Notes: a model not told the origin generated them from the letters alone. DNA of 63,999 nt, filler included, from Stramenopiles sp. TOSAG23-2 (GCA_900128395.1; 3 parts of 3 records of this genome joined end to end with filler, not necessarily neighbours in it), one strand, 5' to 3'. Counted from the first letter of the whole stretch, positions 36,075 through 47,171 are shown. Made by a program: numbers and translations.

Positions 36075-36472
36075 TAAAAAATAAAAATATAGAGAGAGAG
36101 TCTAATACATGATGAGATGAAATGTTATTGCCATCATATAAATTCATTGCAATGTAATATTAGTCATATAAATAATTTGTAAATTTATTAAAATATATAT
36201 AGGTGGTAACTAGTTGTCGTCATGTGATGATTTTAAATTTTATTTTTTTTAAATATACCTGTACTAAAAGCACCTACTAAGTTTTGTTATAATAATAATT
36301 TATAGTAGTTGTAGTATAAAAAAATGCTAATTTATTAATTATTAAATTATGATTTCACTAATCCGATAAGAAAAAATAGAAATTAGAAAAAAATAGAATT
36401 TTATTTATAAAAATATACTACACATCAACAAAGAATATCAATATAATAATAATAAGTCATCCATTTGCAAAC

Positions 36473-37936
36473 ATGGGTGGTGATATATCGATGCAATTGG
36501 AGACAGAAAATGTGGAAGTCTTTGATGCGAAACAATTTGCTAAAGAATATAAAAAAACAGGGTTGGGAAATGAAACAATGTGGCAATTTTTTAGTAACTC
36601 TTATCAAGAATTAGTATCAACTGTATTAAGACCGCAAGCGGATAATGGTAAATTTGGAAGAGCAAGATATGATATTAGCCTTTTAGGCCCAAGTACATTT
36701 ACTTTATGCGGTACAAACTATATACGTAAAGATTTTGAAATTAAAAATCATAAAGGTTTAAAATTGGTTTGTAGTTATTGGTCAAGAGTAGCAAATGATA
36801 ATAATAATAATAATAACGTAGTTGAAGAAGAAGAACAACAACAACAACAACAAAATGAAAAGAAGAAGAAAAAGCAAAAAACATGTGTTATATATTTACA
36901 TTCAACTATAGGTTCTAGGGTTGAATCTTTACAAGCTTTGATACCATGCTTACGTGCTGGATGCTCATTTTTTTCATTTGATTTTTCTGGCAGTGGTATG
37001 TCTGAAGGTGAATCAGTTACATGGGGCTGGTTTGAAAATAATGATGTGGTAGATGTTGTGAAATATATTATGAGTGAGATGGAATGTAAAAAAATAGTTT
37101 TGTGGGGAAGAAATTTAGGTGCTGCCACTGCAATTTTATATAGTAGTAAAGATCCACGAATTAAAGGATTAATACTGGATACACCATATTCTTCTTTTGA
37201 AGAGACGTTGCAGGAAGGTATACGTTATGCGGGAAAAGAAGGTGTTGCTGTACCAAATATAGTTTTAAAAGCGGCACAATCAATGATAGTACGGGCATTG
37301 AGACGAAGAATATCTCCTAAATTTAAAATTCAAAATTTACAACCACGTATTAGTGCGAAAAAATGTAAATGTCCTTCCTTATTTATTGCTGCATTACGAG
37401 ATAATTACATAACACATAAGCAAGTTGAACATGTTTTTAAAGTATATCGTGGGAGTAAATCATATACATTTATTGATCTTCGGCATTTTGAAACTAGAAG
37501 TTATATAGCTTGTTCCGATTTTTTTAATACTGCGGAAACATTTTTAATGAATTTATTCAAATCCAATCAACAATTACCTGCATCCAAAGATGAAAATAAT
37601 AATTTAAATTCGATTTATTTACAAAAAAATGAATTTGCATGGATAGTAAAAAATCAAAGATTAGCCCATAGGATGGAGAATTACAGTCAACAAGCCAAAG
37701 AAGAACTTGCAACTGTGGCTATTGGTGCAGTCAATAGCAATAATGATGATGATAATAATAAAGAAAATTTATTAGATGAAGAATGTAAAACTGCACTTGA
37801 TGGTATAAGTGTACAAGGAGTTGATATTCAAACATTTGAAGATGATAATAATAAAGCTGTTAATACTACTAGTAGCAAAAATGTAGATAAAGTAGTAGAA
37901 CAAAGCGATACTGGTGATGATGAATCCAAATCGTAG
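36473..37936 (+). CDS. YqkD-like alpha/beta hydrolase with Asn at the nucleophile position
   Basis: RKDFEIKN..G..L..S.W, FDFSGSGMSEGESVTWGWFE and LILDTPY; the nucleophile elbow reads WGRNLGA. Confidence 0.85.
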   Translation: MGGDISMQLETENVEVFDAKQFAKEYKKTGLGNETMWQFFSNSYQELVSTVLRPQADNGKFGRARYDISLLGPSTFTLCGTNYIRKDFEIKNHKGLKLVCSYWSRVANDNNNNNNVVEEEEQQQQQQNEKKKKKQKTCVIYLHSTIGSRVESLQALIPCLRAGCSFFSFDFSGSGMSEGESVTWGWFENNDVVDVVKYIMSEMECKKIVLWGRNLGAATAILYSSKDPRIKGLILDTPYSSFEETLQEGIRYAGKEGVAVPNIVLKAAQSMIVRALRRRISPKFKIQNLQPRISAKKCKCPSLFIAALRDNYITHKQVEHVFKVYRGSKSYTFIDLRHFETRSYIACSDFFNTAETFLMNLFKSNQQLPASKDENNNLNSIYLQKNEFAWIVKNQRLAHRMENYSQQAKEELATVAIGAVNSNNDDDNNKENLLDEECKTALDGISVQGVDIQTFEDDNNKAVNTTSSKNVDKVVEQSDTGDDESKS

Positions 37937-38201
37937 TTATAACATTTTTTTATGTAAAAAAGGCATTTTTCGGGGGGAGAGAGTGTGTGTGTGTGTCTCA
38001 GCATCAGTACAATAATTAAAATAATAATCATTTTTTTTAAAATTTTTTATCAAAAACATTAATTATAATAGCAGGTTGCATAATATACACATAGTGCCTG
38101 GAGTGCCATATGATAAAATATCTTTTCTTTTTTTAAAGTTTCGTGTTTTTTTTACTAAACACAAAAAATTACGCCCGTACATTTTTATTATTTTTCTTTT
38201 T

Positions 38202-38972
38202 TTACATATCTTTCATTATCTCATCTGCTTCCTTTATACGATTCATGATTTCTACATTGCGAGGTAAATTTACAGGTAGTTTTCGTTGTTTAAATATAAA
38301 ATATTTTGTCATTTCTTCTAATACTCTTGCCGCTTCTTGTGTTTGCCCCAATGAAACTAAGACATTGGAATATTTAATATATGCATCTCTACACCATGGA
38401 TCCAATAAAAGAGATTTTTTGTAGTGTTCAGCTGCATCACGTTTCTGTGCAAGACGATTAAACATTAATCCTAAATTTCGATGTAGCATCGGTTGGTTTT
38501 TGTCATAGAATAATGATTTTTTATATGCACGAATGGATTCATATACTCGTAAATTTTTACCTAGGCTCGCACCTCTTACATTCCAACTTTCTCCAGCATG
38601 AGGCATCAATTTAATAGCTATTTCGGATGTTTTCAATGCCTCTTTATCATGTTCTTTTGATTTCATTGCTAAATGTGCCAGTGTTAAATCAACGTAACAA
38701 TTGCCTAGTTTAGGCTTTAATGATATTGCGGTATGAAATGATTTCATGGCAACAGCTGGATTGTTTTCTACATTTAATATTAATACACCCAATGAGTAAT
38801 GTGCTAATGCATCGTACTCCCATTTTTTGACATATTCTCTTAATTGTTGCGCTGCAAGTAATGGTTTAGGATGGTTTTGTAATTTTTTAAAGGCAATGAT
38901 ATCTGGCAGTTGGCGTCTATCTGATACTCTTCTCCATTTATAAATAAAACGTTTGGATGGTACATCAACCAT
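38202..38972 (-). CDS. TPR-repeat protein (5' end uncertain)
   Basis: TPR-like units (ALAHYSLG, ESWNVRGASL, LHRNLGLMF, AYIKYSNVL). Confidence 0.75.
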   Translation of the reverse strand: MVDVPSKRFIYKWRRVSDRRQLPDIIAFKKLQNHPKPLLAAQQLREYVKKWEYDALAHYSLGVLILNVENNPAVAMKSFHTAISLKPKLGNCYVDLTLAHLAMKSKEHDKEALKTSEIAIKLMPHAGESWNVRGASLGKNLRVYESIRAYKKSLFYDKNQPMLHRNLGLMFNRLAQKRDAAEHYKKSLLLDPWCRDAYIKYSNVLVSLGQTQEAARVLEEMTKYFIFKQRKLPVNLPRNVEIMNRIKEADEIMKDM

Positions 38973-39555
38973 ATCTTCTTTATAAATGTATTAAATCAAT
39001 TAGATGGAGGATAAAAAAAGGGTGAAAGCTTTGTTTTTTTTTCTTGTTTAAACTGTATGAAGCACTGTATATACAATCACATGTGTAATCAAATATATTA
39101 TGTATGTACATAATACATGTATTTTTTATATAACCGTATTATTATATTTCGTATTTCTATTATATACCAGCAGGTATTATTACCAGGTAATAGCCGGCCT
39201 AATACCAGTACTTGGTACCAGGTACTACCACCAGTGGTATAGTACTATGTTAATGTGGTATTTCAGGACGACTCATCACCTGTCGGCCTCTAATAAAAAG
39301 CTCAATAAATAATATTAACATTTTGCGTGAGTAACCGTGAGCGTGCCTTCAAAAACAAAGAGAGGAGACATCGAACATAAAACAAAGAAGACTTTAAATA
39401 TTTAAAATATTAAAAATACATTTTATATAATATTAAAATATGTTTCGTACTCTAATTAGAATTTATTTTAATCATTTTTATGGATGATACACACACCCTT
39501 TAATTCTGACAAAATACGTAAAAAAAACTTCACACATTTTTTTACTCTTTTTAAA

Positions 39556-41400
39556 TCAATTTTGCACGATTCCTTCTGGTTGTTGTACAATATTTTCAAC
39601 TTCATTATTTTCATTTTGTTCCCCATTATTGTTATCATCATCATCATCATCATTATCAATCACAGCCGCCGTGTCTGTAGTTACAGGTGGTTGTGGTGGC
39701 GCTGGTAATGGAATAGCAACTGGGTACCATGTTGGATACAATGAAAAGACAAAGCTAATTACAAAACATCTTAAATCAGTGAAAAATCCTACAGATTGTA
39801 CAGGATGTGGGATATTTCCAGCTGGCGGGGTTGGGATATTAATGTTTTCCGCCGCCGCGGCTGCTCCACCATTTCCTCCATTATTATTGTTATTTTCACC
39901 CCCATTATTATTATTATTTCGATTGCCATGACGACCACATGTAATAGTTCTCAATACGTAATGAACAAATCCAACACTATAAAAATAGTATATCACTAAA
40001 GCAACCATTAAAAAAGTTTTGTGGCGTTTACTTTGATCTTGTGAAAATACCATGTAAAAAAATGCAATTTTGATAATAAGTCGAACATTCACCATTTCGA
40101 AGAATCCAGGCTGTGGTTGTTGTTCTTGTTGATTATTATTGTTATTATTATTTTGCACGTTATTATTTGCTGCAATATTGTTGTTGTTGTTGTTCCTTTG
40201 ATTTTCTTGGATTACACGTGCATTTTGTTGTATTACACGTGCTGCATCTAAAATATTATCACGCGCATTGTTAATTTCATTATTATTATTATTATTATTC
40301 ACATTGACCCTTTGCCTTGAAGCATTTTCACCACGCCTATACAATCCATCAGATGCAACAGATTGAGTTTGTGCTTCTGTTTGGAACGATTGTTGTGTTT
40401 GAAATTGTCTTGCAGCGGCTTGTTGTTGTTGCATCGCATACATTTGTTGCATATAACGGTAGTAGTTTGCATATGCCTCCTGGTGAGCTTGTTGGCTCAT
40501 TTGCATTTGCTGCTGTGGCGACATTTGTTGATTCATCATAAAATTGTTCATATTGTTATATGGAGAATTTTGCTGTTGCTGTTGTTGTTGTGGGCTCATA
40601 TTACCTCTCATCATAGCTGCATATTGTTGTTGTTGCTGTTGTTGATAATATGCCATCCATTGTTGTTGTTGTTGTTGATAATATTGTTGCATTAATTCAG
40701 GCGACATTTGTTGTTGTGCTGCTGACATTTGCGCTGGAGATGAATGATGACGTTGCAATGATGGTGTCCCTCCTGCTTGTTGTCTAGGAAATGTAATGTT
40801 ATTATTGTTGCTAGAAAAATTATTGTTGTTATTATTACCACCAAAGGAAGTTGGATTTATATTTGTTCTGGTAGGGGTTGATATTATACGTTGGGAATTG
40901 CTATTTAACATTTCACCAGTAGTCGTATTTCTGCTATTGCTATTACCTCTAGTTGGTTGCGATTGCAATGTATTGTTATTTACAACGGATGGTGCTGAAT
41001 TGTTATTGTTATTGCTATTATTACTATTATTATTTTCCTCTTCTATACTATCAGGTGAATTACCTCTTAACGGGGATAATTCACTAGGTAATTTTTTATC
41101 TGCAGGTGATACTGATGGACTGAAACCAGTACGTGCAGGTATTAAATGAAATGTATGCCACGCACTTAAATCTTCATTTTCTAAAATCTTTTTCAATGTT
41201 ACGGTGCCATCGGATAGCATTTTGCCGGAAAATACTAAACGTATATCACGTGCAACTGGTTTACCAGGATATTCTTTTTCTAAATATTCTTTCATTTTTT
41301 TAACTGTAAAAGTTAAAGGTAATTCTTTTTTCCAATCTGGCAACGCATCGCCCTCCCTTGTCACATATGGATTTCTAAATATCACACGTGCCAATTCCAT
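39556..41400 (-). CDS. HERPUD: HERP/HERPUD-like ER membrane protein with an N-terminal ubiquitin-like domain
   Basis: UBL: TVKKMKEYL..EYPGKP...RLVFSGKML.D...HTFHL; Q/N-rich middle; TM hairpin; FVFSLYP near the C-terminus. Confidence 0.8.
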   Translation of the reverse strand: MELARVIFRNPYVTREGDALPDWKKELPLTFTVKKMKEYLEKEYPGKPVARDIRLVFSGKMLSDGTVTLKKILENEDLSAWHTFHLIPARTGFSPSVSPADKKLPSELSPLRGNSPDSIEEENNNSNNSNNNNNSAPSVVNNNTLQSQPTRGNSNSRNTTTGEMLNSNSQRIISTPTRTNINPTSFGGNNNNNNFSSNNNNITFPRQQAGGTPSLQRHHSSPAQMSAAQQQMSPELMQQYYQQQQQQWMAYYQQQQQQQYAAMMRGNMSPQQQQQQQNSPYNNMNNFMMNQQMSPQQQMQMSQQAHQEAYANYYRYMQQMYAMQQQQAAARQFQTQQSFQTEAQTQSVASDGLYRRGENASRQRVNVNNNNNNNEINNARDNILDAARVIQQNARVIQENQRNNNNNNIAANNNVQNNNNNNNQQEQQPQPGFFEMVNVRLIIKIAFFYMVFSQDQSKRHKTFLMVALVIYYFYSVGFVHYVLRTITCGRHGNRNNNNNGGENNNNNGGNGGAAAAAENINIPTPPAGNIPHPVQSVGFFTDLRCFVISFVFSLYPTWYPVAIPLPAPPQPPVTTDTAAVIDNDDDDDDNNNGEQNENNEVENIVQQPEGIVQN

Positions 41401-42186
41401 TATTTTAATTGTTTGTTTGTTTATTCTCTTGTTGTTGTCGATCTTTATTAAGTATTAATACTTGTTTTTTTATCGTTCTCTTTGATTATATATGTGACAA
41501 CATGTGACAACAGTCGTCTGTGTCTGTCTTCTGTTGAGAACATTTATGTGCCAGGTATTCGATTTCTATATAATAAATTATATAAAATCATGCACCACAT
41601 GTAGTGTGCTAGTATAGGCGGCAGTAGTATACTAAAAAGTATTTTAGTTTTTAGTATTTAGTAGTTTAAGTGTTTAAGTTGTTCTCTTCAAGATTTTCAA
41701 AAGCAGGTTCAGCACTATGCTATAGCCTTGAGACTATTTTTCATCTTTTAGTACAGCATGCTAGCTAGTAATTGGTTTTGCTAAATAAATTAAGGATTCT
41801 AAATAGATTCTAAGAAGGCTAAAGGTGATTCGTGGCATTTCCAAACATATAGATGTCTGTACTGACATTAATACTGTAATACATTTATATTTAAATAATA
41901 AAAATCTGGTAAAAAATATTTTTGTTAATTTTATTTTTTTATATTAAAATATAAAAATACTCTTTTTCCTTTTGGGTTGAAATCTTATCTCATTCGTACA
42001 TGCATATGTATATATATAGATAAACTTTTTCCTATTCTTAATTTTTTTTTTTTCTGGAATATAAACCATGTATACACGATATCTCTTGTATAATATATTT
42101 AAAATATATTTATTAATCATATTTGATACATCAATATCTTATTTGTATCATACATATATATGTATACGATTATCAATCAATATCAT

Positions 42187-43404
42187 TTATAATTCTTTTT
42201 TTTCATCTGCTTCTTCTTCCTCTTCGTCATCCATATCATCATCTTCATCTTCTTCCTCATCAGCTTTTGCTGCTTCTTCTGCTGCTTTTTTTGCTTTGTC
42301 CCATGCTTCTTTTGCATCCTTTTCTTTGTCCTTAGTTGCATCACTAGTCTCTTTTGCTAATGCATTTGCTTCTTCAATACTATCACCAACGTAGATATTG
42401 TCAAAGATAGTACCGTTGTTCACAGTCCATAATTCGAAACCAACATGTTCCAAAACTGGGAAGGTAACAAGTTCTTCATCATATTTTGGGTTATCAATTT
42501 GTTTTGGTTTCCAAACACCTTTGTATTTTGGGTTTTTGATACGTTTTGCACTCCATGGTCCTTTGTAGTCTGGGTTATCAATCATTGGTGCTTCCCATTC
42601 GCCATCATCTTCATCATCCCAATCATCTGGTTTAGTTGCCTCTGGATCAGCAATTTCTTTTGCAATATCATCATAACCTTCTGGTTTCTTATCTTCTGGA
42701 TCGTTCATCATTTCCTCATCAACCCAGTCTGATGGTTTTTTATCGGATGGATCATCCATTTTTGGTTTTTCGAAATCCCATGCATCAACAATATTACCAG
42801 ATGCTTTGGATTGACCATCAAGTAAAATTTCATATGTTCCATCACCTTTAATATGTAACGTGTATAAATGTGTAAATTCATTTTTGTCACCGTGTTCCAA
42901 TTTTACTTCATCACTTTTTAACAAATTTTTACCTTCTCCATTGGTGAAAATAGCATGGATTCTGGATACGTCGTAACCGCACATATCAGGACCAAACATG
43001 ACACTGTATGGGGTATCACCACCGAATTTTTTTGCATCCATTTTTCCTAATAATTTGATGTAACCACCACCACAAAATGCATATTCACGTAAATGGTTTC
43101 TTGCAGTAAATTGTACAACTAAATCAGAACCACCTTTACCAAGAGTATATGCTGGGATTGATTTTGCCAATTTGTTCGAGATTGCGTGGAAACGTGCATC
43201 TTCGGATGTCATCAAACCTTTGTCAGCTTCTGCATCACTACTCCATTCACCAGCAGTCCAACTGAAGCTACCTCGTTCACTTTTAGACTTCCATTCGCTA
43301 TGGGTCCATCCAGAAGAAAATGGATCTGAATCAAAGGTATCTTTGAAATATGTAGTTGCTGTTGCTGTTGTAGCAATTAATAATAATAATGCAATTGTTT
43401 TCAT
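42187..43404 (-). CDS. CALR: Calreticulin
   Basis: Signal peptide, CGGGYIKL, MFGPDMCG, KPxDW/GxW P-domain repeats, acidic tail ending KKEL. Confidence 0.95.
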   Translation of the reverse strand: MKTIALLLLIATTATATTYFKDTFDSDPFSSGWTHSEWKSKSERGSFSWTAGEWSSDAEADKGLMTSEDARFHAISNKLAKSIPAYTLGKGGSDLVVQFTARNHLREYAFCGGGYIKLLGKMDAKKFGGDTPYSVMFGPDMCGYDVSRIHAIFTNGEGKNLLKSDEVKLEHGDKNEFTHLYTLHIKGDGTYEILLDGQSKASGNIVDAWDFEKPKMDDPSDKKPSDWVDEEMMNDPEDKKPEGYDDIAKEIADPEATKPDDWDDEDDGEWEAPMIDNPDYKGPWSAKRIKNPKYKGVWKPKQIDNPKYDEELVTFPVLEHVGFELWTVNNGTIFDNIYVGDSIEEANALAKETSDATKDKEKDAKEAWDKAKKAAEEAAKADEEEDEDDDMDDEEEEEADEKKEL

Positions 43405-43556
43405 TATACTTGTTTTTTCTTTTATTTTTTATATATATATGTCTTTTTCGTTTATCAGGTATGTTTTATATATGATATAGATATATATAAGTATGATATT
43501 GTTTATGATGTGTATGTTTCACTCTTCTCACTACAATAGACTATCTAAATTGCAAT

Positions 43557-45749
43557 GTGTTGATATCTTCTAATATTATACCGTATTTAAAAAACATATT
43601 GCAAAATTATGTCATATTAGATAAATTTGGCGATGAGGAATGCTTAGCACTTGATGGTGCATCTGCGGAAACGATTAAAAAGCGAAAAGAAGGATTGGCT
43701 TATTTGAAAAAGCAAAGTAATTTAAAACCATCTGAAAATATTGAACAAAAACATCGTTTAGGTGACCCACGTTTTGATAACCTAAATAATGTTATGCCAG
43801 TATTGACTGAATTGAATCAACCAAATTGCAACGTTGTGGTTGACTTGTCGGTAAATGAATGCAAAGTGAAATTGCCAAATGGGGAGGAACAACCATATTG
43901 TGGAAACAATGCTGTGCATTATTTCGAAAAATCATTTTATGATGACATACACCAAGAAACGTTTGAGAAGTTATCATCGAAAAATAAAGAATCAACTAAT
44001 AACTTGAAATACGTAACAACAACAATCACGCCAGAAATTTTAAAACATTCTAAAACTATCACAGAAATGACGAATTTAGATCTAGTACGATATGCAACGA
44101 GTGGTTCAGAAGCTGTTGATTGTGCTATTAAACAAGCGCGTAGAACGACTAGTAAGGATATTATCATCCGTTTCGATAAAGCATATCATGGACATACAAC
44201 TGGTATTACACTTGGTTCTCCACATATGGTTTATTTAAAAGAAATGGATGAAAGTTCGTTGGATTTTATTGAAGAATATCATTATCGTATAGCTGGGGTT
44301 ATTGTAAATCCAATGCAACATTTTACTGGGCCAAATAAAATGTCTCCACCAGGGGAAAAATTAACCTTTGGCAAACGAGAACAACGAGGTATACAAAAAG
44401 AGGAATATGCAAAATGGTTACATGCATTGCAATTGAAATGTAATTACTGTAGTAAATTTTTAACACCAGTAGCATTTATGTTGGATGATGTTTACTTTGC
44501 ATTTCGTACAAAAGAATTATTCAGCTTTAGGTATTTTCAAGTAGACAACGTGGAATTAAAGCCTGATATTATCATTCTTGGTAAAGGCATTGCTGCTGGT
44601 TTTCCATTGAGCGTTGTTGTTGGAAATACAAAATTTATGGGTTGGGCAGATAAGAAAAAAGGTTACATGTTGAAAGTAAATACAACAGTTGGTACATTTT
44701 CTGGATGGCATGGTGGTATCGTTGCCTCGAACATTTTCTTGGATAAAATATCAAAAATGGACAACGGTACATTTGATACAATTAATGACAAGTTTAAAAC
44801 ATTTGCAACGAAATTAAATGCGGCATTTAATGAGAAAAAATACCCATTGTGTATTCGTAATTTTGCAAATGTGTTTACAATGAATTTTAAAAACAATTCA
44901 TTTTACAATTCATTTTATTCACAATATTTAATGAATGAAGGTATTTTCCTATCCAATCAAACAGTTGGTAAATTTAATTTACAAGCTGATTGTGATGAAA
45001 AAACGTTGAAAGAAATTCATATGAAATTTCTAAGTGCTGCAGAGAAAATGGAAAAGCATGGTTTCTTCGTACCGATAAAAGAATCCCCGTGGAAAAAAGT
45101 TGCACAAAAAATTGTTGTGAATTTTTTCAAAGATAGATATAATCAAATCATGGAAGATAAACGTATTGATATTGAAGTTTCACATAATCATCCAACCAAT
45201 CGTTGGGGGCACTTTTGGAGTAGTATTGGCATGATTTTGTATTCATACCCTTGCATGTACATGGGTTATTGGCAAGCTGGCTTTTTAAGCTTCTTAATAA
45301 CACATATGGTTCGTCAAGCTGGTCACTTCTTTTATGAAAGGCAAGATCTTGATTTTGAAAAACAAAAATTTGGGCATAAAGATCCATCAAAAAAATTTGC
45401 CGCTGCGATGGTAATTTTATGTATAGTATGTTTCATTTACAAAGATTTCATCCCATATTTGAGCACAGTAAGTGACGATGCGTATGTAGTATCTTGTGGA
45501 TTGATGACTACGTTCCCACATTACGTTGAAATTACACATAAATATGGTGCAATACGTGGAGTAGACTGGTTAATAAAAATTTTAACCGACCCATTTACCG
45601 ATGTTCCAGATTTTTATAAATATGCAATTATCCATCCAAAAAATTTTTTAGACTTGAGGTCTAGATCAGAAAAATATGATTTTAATATTGAGAAAAAGAT
45701 GTTCCAGATTTTTATAAATATGCAATTATCCATCCAAAAAATTTTTTAG
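43557..45749 (+). CDS. Class-III PLP aminotransferase fused to a C-terminal Mpo1/DUF962-like membrane domain (start unclear; true end ..EKKML* at 45805)
   Basis: SGSEA, YHGH, LDDVYFAFR and PLP-Lys motif DIIILGKGIAAGFP. The C-terminal region has TM helices with SHNHPTNRWGHFWSS, RQAGHFFYE and KILTDPF. No in-frame ATG before residue ~80. Confidence 0.8.
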   Translation: MLISSNIIPYLKNILQNYVILDKFGDEECLALDGASAETIKKRKEGLAYLKKQSNLKPSENIEQKHRLGDPRFDNLNNVMPVLTELNQPNCNVVVDLSVNECKVKLPNGEEQPYCGNNAVHYFEKSFYDDIHQETFEKLSSKNKESTNNLKYVTTTITPEILKHSKTITEMTNLDLVRYATSGSEAVDCAIKQARRTTSKDIIIRFDKAYHGHTTGITLGSPHMVYLKEMDESSLDFIEEYHYRIAGVIVNPMQHFTGPNKMSPPGEKLTFGKREQRGIQKEEYAKWLHALQLKCNYCSKFLTPVAFMLDDVYFAFRTKELFSFRYFQVDNVELKPDIIILGKGIAAGFPLSVVVGNTKFMGWADKKKGYMLKVNTTVGTFSGWHGGIVASNIFLDKISKMDNGTFDTINDKFKTFATKLNAAFNEKKYPLCIRNFANVFTMNFKNNSFYNSFYSQYLMNEGIFLSNQTVGKFNLQADCDEKTLKEIHMKFLSAAEKMEKHGFFVPIKESPWKKVAQKIVVNFFKDRYNQIMEDKRIDIEVSHNHPTNRWGHFWSSIGMILYSYPCMYMGYWQAGFLSFLITHMVRQAGHFFYERQDLDFEKQKFGHKDPSKKFAAAMVILCIVCFIYKDFIPYLSTVSDDAYVVSCGLMTTFPHYVEITHKYGAIRGVDWLIKILTDPFTDVPDFYKYAIIHPKNFLDLRSRSEKYDFNIEKKMFQIFINMQLSIQKIF

Positions 45750-45801
45750 ACTTGAGGTCTAGATCAGAAAAATATGATTTTAATATTGAGAAAAAGATGT
45801 T
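45600..45801. repeat. 98-bp tandem duplication at the aminotransferase 3' end
   Basis: 45600-45697 is repeated from 45698. Confidence 0.9.
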
Positions 45802-46509
45802 ATAAATATATATATATATATATTAGGGCGTTTCGATATTATAAAAATTCATACATATTTGTAAAGGAGTCTGTTGTCTATGCAATGCGTGAGTTCTATA
45901 CTATATATATTATATGATGCACATATAATATATTATATATATATAGGTCCTAAGATACGTGGGTGGTTGTTTAAAACTAATTTTAATAAATATTTATAAT
46001 ACAGTAGTATCACTGAAAAGTGCAAAACCAGAAAAGTTAATGTCATCTAATAAATGGTAAAATCAATGGTATTACCGTGGTACTGATGTGTAGTGCTATG
46101 TATTCTTACGAGACGCTATCTCGGGGAGAGGCAATTTGTGGCCATTTATTTGTCTTCCTCAATTTTATTACCTGGATGGTATTGCAACGCTATTATTATT
46201 TTCAAAAAATAGAAGAAGAAAAGACGACATCCATTCTCATATACCTGAATACTGTACTACACTCACTATGTATGATGAAAATATATTATATACATCTCTA
46301 TCTGCATTTACTGTGTGTATATGTATATATATATACATAATTATCAAACTCATATACATTTTACATAATACATATATAGATACATATATATATACACACA
46401 TATATACTTATTTTTAAGATAAAATTCTATGTCAAGTAGTCACTCGTTGAAGCGGTGACATTATATATATTAACAAGATTTCTTTAATTTAAAAAAAAAT
46501 AATAATAAC

Positions 46510-47171
46510 ATGGCAGAAGCTGCTGCATTAGCATTTCTTGGTGACACTGGAGGAGGTGGTGGAAATAAAAAAAAGAAAAAGAAAGGTAAAAAAGGTAAAA
46601 GGGGTGGAAACAACAATAACGTCGATGCGCCGCCCGCACCACAAACTAATGGCGATGTTAAACCACCTTCAAATACTGAACAAACACCTGAACAGAAAGC
46701 TGCTGCAGCAGCTGCTGCATTTTTAGGCGATACTGGCGGTGGTGGTGGTGGCGGCGGTAATAAAAAAAAGAAAAAAAAGAAAGGTAAAAAAGGTGGTGGT
46801 GGTGGTGGCAATGCTAAAAAGCCAGTAAGTGCGATGGCAAAGAAAATTCAAGAACAACAAGCACGTCAAAAAGCAGAAGAAGAAGCGATGAGAAAAGCAA
46901 AGGAAGAGGAAGAGCGTTTAATACGTGAGGAGGAGGAAAGATTGCAAGCTATTGAAGATGCTAAAAAAGAAAAACGTAGGTTGAAAAAGGAAAGGCAAAA
47001 AGAGTTGAAAGCAAAAGGTTTAATTAAATCGAAGGCAGAAAAAGAACGGGAAGCAAAAGCAGCTGCTGCCCGTCAACGAATGATTGATTCTGGTATGATT
47101 AGTGCAGATGCCTTTGTAAACACTGGAGGTAAGAAAAAAAAGGTTGTCTACGGCAAAAAGAAGAAAAATCA
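46510..47171 (+). CDS. EIF5B: Translation initiation factor eIF5B, N-terminal charged region (truncated at contig end)
   Basis: Lys-rich blocks, an E/K/R helix, and ..KAKGLIKSKAEKE..RQRMIDSG..KKKVVYGKKKK, typical of the pre-GTPase region. The GTPase domain is not visible. Confidence 0.65.

Noticed and set aside
39900-41050. Extensive poly-Asn/poly-Gln tracts
   Set aside because: General trait of this AT-rich genome, seen in many genes; not locus specific.
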